62,257 nt of DNA from Trichinella spiralis (Eukaryota), in assembly GCF_000181795.1 (NCBI RefSeq), contig NW_003526943.1:8845472-8907728 (forward strand), read 5' to 3'. The notes under the pieces were generated by a model. The model did no database searches. It saw only the letters and a list, made by a program, of their open reading frames with translations, and was not told the origin of the DNA. The number at the start of each line of letters is the position of its first letter. The first letter of the stretch is position 1. A program made the position numbers and the translations under genes. Below are positions 55,433 through 62,257 of this stretch, piece after piece.

Positions 55433-56871
55433 TTTGACTGCCTTCGTTGTTCGTCCATTTTATTATTTAAAAAGTTTTTATTAATTATGATTTTCAGTAG
55501 TGTGGCGTATTTCAGAAAATGAAATTATTCTGTGGTTTTTCAATTGAATATAAAAAGTAAAATTTACGTCATCATGATCATACTCTTTTTTTCTTCAGTA
55601 TCTCAATTAGCAGTGAATTGGTTAATAATAATAATGTTGGAGCATTAAACGTAAAACTGACCTTCATTTTGGGGAAAATCAATTAAACTTGCCAATTCTT
55701 TTTTCTTTATTACTGTAATTTTTCAACAGCAAATCAACAACAAAAAGAGATTGATATTCAAGATTTCAGTTCAAGATTCTAGTTTGATCAGACGACATCT
55801 AATATTCACAGTAATGCGGGTTCCAGGCAAACCCATCAATGGAAATTTGTCGAAAAAAGAAGCAGTATGGAAAAGACATAAATTCATTACTTGAAAATGT
55901 TAAGCTACCAAAGAATAGCTGAAATCAGAAAAGCTTTTAACCGAAAATGCAATCAATTTAAATAAGGAATAAAAAAAGGAATACATGTTACTGTCGTAAT
56001 TATTATAAAAGTTAAAAATATATTTCTTCAACGAGACTGAAAATTTCGAAAAAAATTAAAAATATGACTCATTAAGACTTGATCGCCTTAACCACTCAAT
56101 TTATTGCATGCTAACATGTTGAAAGTAAAAAATAACCAAATTTTCTAAAAAATGTAAATGACAAATCGTTGAAAAATGGACTTCACTGTTAACTTATAAA
56201 TTAACTATATTTCATTTTGACAAAAAACATTTACCCGTTTACAAGTTTGACGTGTAACACCACATAAATGCTCAAAAGAACTTTTCAACTGGAAAATGAA
56301 CAAAAACATGTAGTCATAGTAAAATAGCATTCATTCTTTTTCATTTTAATACATTGGCACAAAAACAAAATTCAAAATTTTTATATCTTTTTCATTAAAA
56401 ATTAAAAAATTAGTTTTTCAATCGTTACTTTATAATGACAAATGACTGCCATCTTTTGTTTATATCACTTTTCTACATATAACTAGCAACTTAAATTCTG
56501 CTAGAAATAACCTTAAATAATGTGCTGAAACAAAAAATTCATCTGATTTTTTAGTGATTTGTAAAGATGAAAAGGTATTTCATAGTAATTTATTATTTAT
56601 TAATTTATTTAAAAACGGAGATTCACACAAATATTACTAATTAACATAACGTTCACTTCTAACAAACAATCTTAATTAAATGGTCTTGAAAAGGACTGTA
56701 ACAATAAATCAAGTATAAATGCATACTGTATAAATTTAAAAAAACTCATTTTTTGAAACACTTTATTATTTCTTAACTGAAACTTCTATAACCTTTTTTT
56801 ATTTAATCTAATTATTTTATTAATTGTTTTAATATTAAAATTTCATGTAGAACCGCACCCCTTATCGACTG

Positions 56872-57159
56872 TCAGGTTTGAATGGATTGTATTTTGGTTT
56901 GAAAGTTGACTGAAATTTCAATCGTGTGATCGTGATCAAAAGATGCAATGCTTCGACGTCTGTTCAACGGACTCAAACCACTCTTCTCTGGACTGTTTCT
57001 GTTTGCGCATTTTATTCTCTTCGTTTTCAACAGACTTTCCGTTTCCATTGCTTGCAGTAAGAAGCTGAAGGCACGTGATCGTCCGATTATCCCAACCGTA
57101 GAAACATCCCCAGCTAGCGGTCCCAAAGTGCAACAAAACCGGTCTAATAATTCGTACAT
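56872..57159 (-). CDS. Possible small 95-aa ORF of unknown function
   Basis: MYELLDRFCCTLGPL...SIQT* lies in a GC island within AT-rich DNA, after an ATTCAG acceptor-like site at about 57200. No recognised domain. Confidence 0.25.
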   Translation of the reverse strand: MYELLDRFCCTLGPLAGDVSTVGIIGRSRAFSFLLQAMETESLLKTKRIKCANRNSPEKSGLSPLNRRRSIASFDHDHTIEISVNFQTKIQSIQT

Positions 57160-57444
57160 AAGCAATTATTTGTGTTTCATTATGAAATGTTTCCACATTC
57201 TGAATGTTAAATTATTGCAGATTGAAAAAATTTTCAATTTATACAATAGATTCATTCAATAAAACACCAATAATTCACGACTGATTATGAGATAAAAAAT
57301 AACAATTTATTTTTATTAAGATTATGTTAAAGTCCAACATCTGAAAAATTAAACAAATTAATGTGATGACATGTTTAATAATTGTTCAACTTTATCTGAA
57401 AATTCTTACTGCAACAAACAATGTGAAATAATCCACTTAATTTT

Positions 57445-58555
57445 CTAGTCCCATATTCCAGAATTGTCCAAATCGCTTCCGTCAGGAGTGACGGGACAGG
57501 CAATTTTTGCAAATTTTTCTTTAAGCAAAGAATGCGGAGTAATAGGTGAATCGCATTGACGTGACTGCCTAGTTCTGATAATATATAAATAAATAAATAA
57601 AATAAAGCTGGATAAAAAAATCAAAGATCACCTTTCAGTCTTGCGCAGCGGTGGACGATTTTTCAGCTCTTCCAAGAGATTTTGATAATTACTGTGAAGC
57701 GTTGAAGATCTTGATTTATTATTATCGTCATTTGTTGCATCATCGGCATGATTTGGACGCTTTTTAATTTCAATTTGTGACACTGTGCGATTCTTTACTA
57801 GAGACGGTGGTGGTGGTGGTGGCGGAGGCGGAGGTGGCGGTGGAGGCGGTGGAGGGGGAATGTTCACACCGTCGTTCACTTTAATCACACTTATTGGATC
57901 CACAGGATCAGACTGCAGAGGAACCGCTTTGTCCGTCAATGAAAGTGAACACTGCAAAGCTTCATTTCCCGACAAGAAAGGGACAAATTTAGTCAAAATT
58001 TGTTTCAATGCGCGCATTTCACTCTCTAACGCTTCAATGCGTTCTTTTTGAGCCTCTTGCAAAATCAACTGTCGTTCAGTTATTTCAAAATCATCAGATC
58101 CAGTAAAGCTGCATCCTTCTTCAGAACCATCAGCAAGCGCTTCTTGGCCCAACTGCAATATTATACATATACATAGAAATACCGCCAAAACAAACAAATA
58201 TACAAAAGTACGAAATATCATACGCTTCTCTGAATAGGCAGTTCCTGATTTACCGCCCATGCACCGCTAGCAGCTCTCACAAGACTTCGTCCTTGTCTTA
58301 GTTGTTCTTTGACACGTTTGAAGTATTGAACAAATGAATCGCCTTTGTCTATCTAATAGATTAACAAAACTAATAAATGAATAATAATAGCAAAACTTTT
58401 TTTTCAGAAATTACGAAATAACTGATGCTGCAGAAAATGCACTGAGAAACACTGCTAAAAACACCATGACGTCGGGCACATTCAAGTACAATTGAAAATG
58501 CACTATAATTTTCTGGCAAACTAATGCCCAAGGGGTCCTGGGATTCGTTGCTCAT
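57445..58555 (-). CDS. Proline-rich coiled-coil protein, probable mitochondrial fission regulator (MTFR1/FAM54 family)
   Basis: Four exons: MSNESQDPLG...CSI / NKGDSFVQYFKRVKEQLRQGRSLVRAA...QRS / LGQEAL...ERIEALESEMRALKQILTKFV...poly-Pro...NLLEELKNRPPLRKTE / RTRQ...SLLKEKFAK...GIWD*. The motif order matches what I recall of MTFR (RSIVR; ALENEL..L..QIA; poly-Pro; LKKKFA). Confidence 0.62.
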
Positions 58556-60124
58556 GACTGCAAACAAAAAAGTATGATAGTTGCTTTCACAACAAATCAA
58601 TTAAACAAGTCAATAGGTGTAAAATTTCACTTTGAAAAAGAGTAAAGTATTTTAAACCTATGAACATTGAAATAATGCACATGAATTTCACACGTAGACA
58701 CTGCCATTCCTAAACTTTGAAGCTGCAAAATTTTAAATTATCTATCTTTTACTGTAAAGTTCTTCTGTTTAAAATAATGCTAACAGAATAAAAATGACAA
58801 TGATTACAAGCACAAGTAAACATGCAGTCAAACACAAATAAAATCTAACTTAATTTCAGAAACAGATGCTTAACAAACTTTACACCCATTACCCAATAGT
58901 TTCATTACGCCCAATGGATAAATTCAATTAAAAATAACAATATAATAATCTCCCATTTGCTTGAGTTTAAAAAAATTTTTACAAATATTTATTTATAAAA
59001 AGTTAATAACATAATGCACAAACAATAAGAAATCATTTCCCAAATTTCTTTCAGCCCTTTCTGCTTGCCAGAAATTAAGAGTACTGAAACTAACCTTCAT
59101 ATACACATATAGAAAAGTATAATCATAAACATTTTTAAATTTACACAAATGAATAAATAATTGACATTCAAATTTCACAAAAAATAATATGCACTAAAAA
59201 AATAAGGCAAAACATGTTTTCAGAAAAAGTAAAAGAAATGTACAAAATCAGCTAATAGTTAAAATTGAACATATACAATCAATTTTCGGAAACTGCACTA
59301 CCACATTTTAAAATTTTAGTTAAAAAAATCAAAAATAAAATCACAGCTCATTACACAATTTAAATAGAATATTTAGCGGATACTGTTTCTGCATTAAATG
59401 CTTTAATAATTACTTTCTGCAATTTCATCTCTATTTCAAATCGTTCACTTACAATTGCTTTGCTGAGAACAGCTTCTGCAAGTTTAAAATAAAATTACAG
59501 TAATAGACCGTTTTAAGATAATCACGATCAAATTCAGTTGATTTTTACACATAAAAATTCAGTCGTTATGAATTTAAATTATTATACAAATAATTTAAAT
59601 TATATTATACAGAAGTTTAACATTCCTCAGTGCATAACAGATTGCAAATAATTATTTATACGACTGAATATGTACGCTTACTGCCTCTGAGTGACCCAAA
59701 TTTTTTCGCGCAGATTCTGCCACACTAATCTTCTGATTAATGCTATATTTACAGTTTTTTGTGACGCTGCTCACATTTCTGCTAAATTGCATCGTAAATT
59801 ATCAATTTAAAAATTCATTTACACTTATTTTCAAATTTAAAATATTTACATTATATAATTCCTTATTTTCTCTTCTTCTCAAATTAACAGCATTATTTAC
59901 TCTCTTAAAAACTATATTTAAAAAATAGTTTGTTGTTAAGATATTTTACACAATTAATTAAAATTATCAGCACTGCAGTAAACAAACAGGTAACCGGCAC
60001 TGAGACTCAGAGATTATAATATTGGCTGAATCCAAGTACAGGTGATGAAGAAGACTCGACACGTGGGGACTGATCCCAAGCTTCCCGCATAAATCTATTA
60101 AATAATGCGAGGCAGAAAAACAGC

Positions 60125-62257
60125 TGTCACAGCAGAACGAACTACCAACCGATCGGTAGAGAGAATTCCTATAGCACCTGATTATCAGAAACATTACGGT
60201 AGATGGTGGCCGTGGCGAGCGACGTGGTTGGCGTCAGGGGTGTTTGTGCTCATTTGTTTGTCGCTCGTGGTGTGCTAAATCACAGTGATTGTTGGCAGCA
60301 CGATCTAATAAATGCCACAATCCACTTTTCCGTTGTTTTCTTCTTTTATGCCGAATGTTTTCGTCATAAGATCACTACAGATTGCAATGACTGACGTGAT
60401 AGTACTGAAACGGAGTCCGATGCGCCAGCACGTTACGTCTTTGAAATGAAGTAAGTGCTTCTTCGATTTGTGTTGTTCCCAGCTATCGACGTTTACGATA
60501 CAGAATGCAAGATCTTGGTTGTCCAGACCTGAAGAATTTCTCGTGCTTCAAAGTATTCCGAACTAACAGTGATTCGTCATCGGCCGCTATTTGCTTGGCG
60601 ATGTAGCCTGTAAATGTTCTATTCAGCGTGGTGAGGCAACCGAGTGAAGAGCGCTGAGTAGCAGAGCGGTACAAAGCGGCGCGGAGTTGTCGAAACGAAT
60701 GGCAAAGACAAAGACAGCAGGCTGGGCGTAATGGTGGATAGGAGTGAATGTTGGAGTGTCAACAAAAGCTCGGCGACGTGTTGCACCGGTACAGGCACGT
60801 CATCTTACTGAACGAAGATTATCTTGGACGGACGGATGTGGATGGGTGGTAGATTTTGGAACCACTTTTTCATGCAAGACTTTGAATCTGTGCAGAATTC
60901 AGCCCTCAGATTACATTTCTGGGATATATTGGATATTGTTAAAAAACACTTTCATTTGAGCCTGAGAATCCAGATCAGCTACCATAACATAGAAGTTTGG
61001 CAATGTGTGACGTCAGAGTTTCGATGTGTACGCATTATGGTGTGTGAGCGACGCGATTAGTGCGTGTGGTTTTGTTTGCTCGTGATCATTGAATTGTTGT
61101 CCGGAAGCGGAAGCGCAGTGTTGTTCCCTCGCAAGGATTCACCACACATGANNNNNNNNNNTATTTAGAGCAGCGCCTCATATAGCAAACGCCCTCCCCA
61201 CCCCGCGGCGAACGAGCTGTTCATTGGCTGTTCGAGTTAGCCACCCGCTGGGCCGCTAACACCGGGGCTCTAAATATAAAGCCACGAAGAGCGCAACCGC
61301 AACACAGTAGTAGTGCACGGCAGAAGCACAGCGCAAGAGAAGCGAGATCGAATCCGAGAAAACTGAACCCAAGCCCTAGTTGACGATACCAGAGACCAGC
61401 GTACACCGTGTTCACAAAACCATACAGTCCACTGACGAATTCCTGACAGCCGAACGTCTGTCATTTGTACCTGATTATCATTTACAGTCGGCTGTAGCTT
61501 GTTGTTACAACTAATTCAGGGATTTAAATAATTGAAAAAGACGATTAAGTACTCAGAAAACGGTGGTAAGAAGTCATAAATGTCACATATTGCATGAACT
61601 GCAGAAAAAGATATGCCACCGCAGAACGAACTACCAACCGATCGGTAGAAGGAATTCCTATAGCACCTGATTATCAGAAACATAACGGTAGATGGCGGCC
61701 GTGGCGAGCGACGTGGTTGACGTCAGGGGTGTTTGTGCTCATTTGTTTGTCGCTCGTGGTATGCTAAATCACTGTGATTGTTGGCAGCACGATCTAATAA
61801 ATGCCACAATCCACTTTTCCGTTGTTTTCTTCTTTTATGCCGAATGTTTTCGTCATAAGATCACTAGAGATTGCAATGACCGACGTGATAGTACTGAAAC
61901 GGAGTCCGATGCGCCAGCACGTTACGTCTTTGAAATGAAGTAAGTGCTTCTTCGATTTGTGTTGTTCCCAGCTATCGACGTTTACGATAAAGAATGCAAG
62001 ATCTTGGTTGTCCAGACCTGAAGAATTTCTCGTGCTTCAAAGTATTCCGAACTAACAGTGATTCGTCATCGGCCGCTATTTGCTTGGCGATGTAGCCTGT
62101 AAATGTTCTATTCAGCGTGGTGAGGCAACCGAGTGAAGAGCGCTGAGTAGCAGAGCGGTACAAAGCGGCGCGGAGGTGTCGAAACGAATGGCAAAGACAA
62201 AGACAGCAGGCTGGGCGTAATGGTGGATAGGAGTAAATGTTGGAAAGAGTGTCAACA
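60125..62257. repeat. Further copies of the 2.35-kb composite repeat, interrupted by the N gap at 61152-61161 and running off the window
   Basis: 60131-61151 matches 42153-43177 and 61162-62257 matches 39343-40438 nearly base for base. 59990-60125 is a different upstream sequence. Confidence 0.95.

Noticed and set aside
57785..58051. Poly-Gly ORF on the plus strand
   Set aside because: Antisense shadow of the poly-Pro tract in the MTFR-like gene.

Overview
AT-rich, intron-rich eukaryotic DNA with short GT-AG introns and TTTCAG/TTTTAG acceptors. It is most likely a clade I nematode such as Trichinella (inferred from gene content and MULE/FLYWCH repeat style). Genes in order: MYRF (minus, runs off the left edge, about 5.1-kb first intron), a decayed Gypsy LTR element with a 5-bp TSD, PIGO (plus) tail-to-tail with an ACR-8-group nicotinic receptor alpha subunit (minus), a spliced rpl-37 missed by the ORF track, an NK1/slouch homeobox gene, and an APP/apl-1 orthologue cut by an assembly gap. 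A repeat-rich block follows (32.7-44 kb): a 142-bp tandem array, Gypsy RT fragment, FLYWCH-MULE pseudogene, putative Helitron ends and a 2.35-kb mosaic tandem repeat. After it come a hidden three-exon NLP-49-like neuropeptide precursor, CTR9, an MTFR-like proline-rich gene and further 2.35-kb repeat copies. The best leads are the neuropeptide gene and the mosaic repeat family. I found no clearly new biological system. Exon boundaries were read by eye and homologies come from recalled motifs, not database searches.
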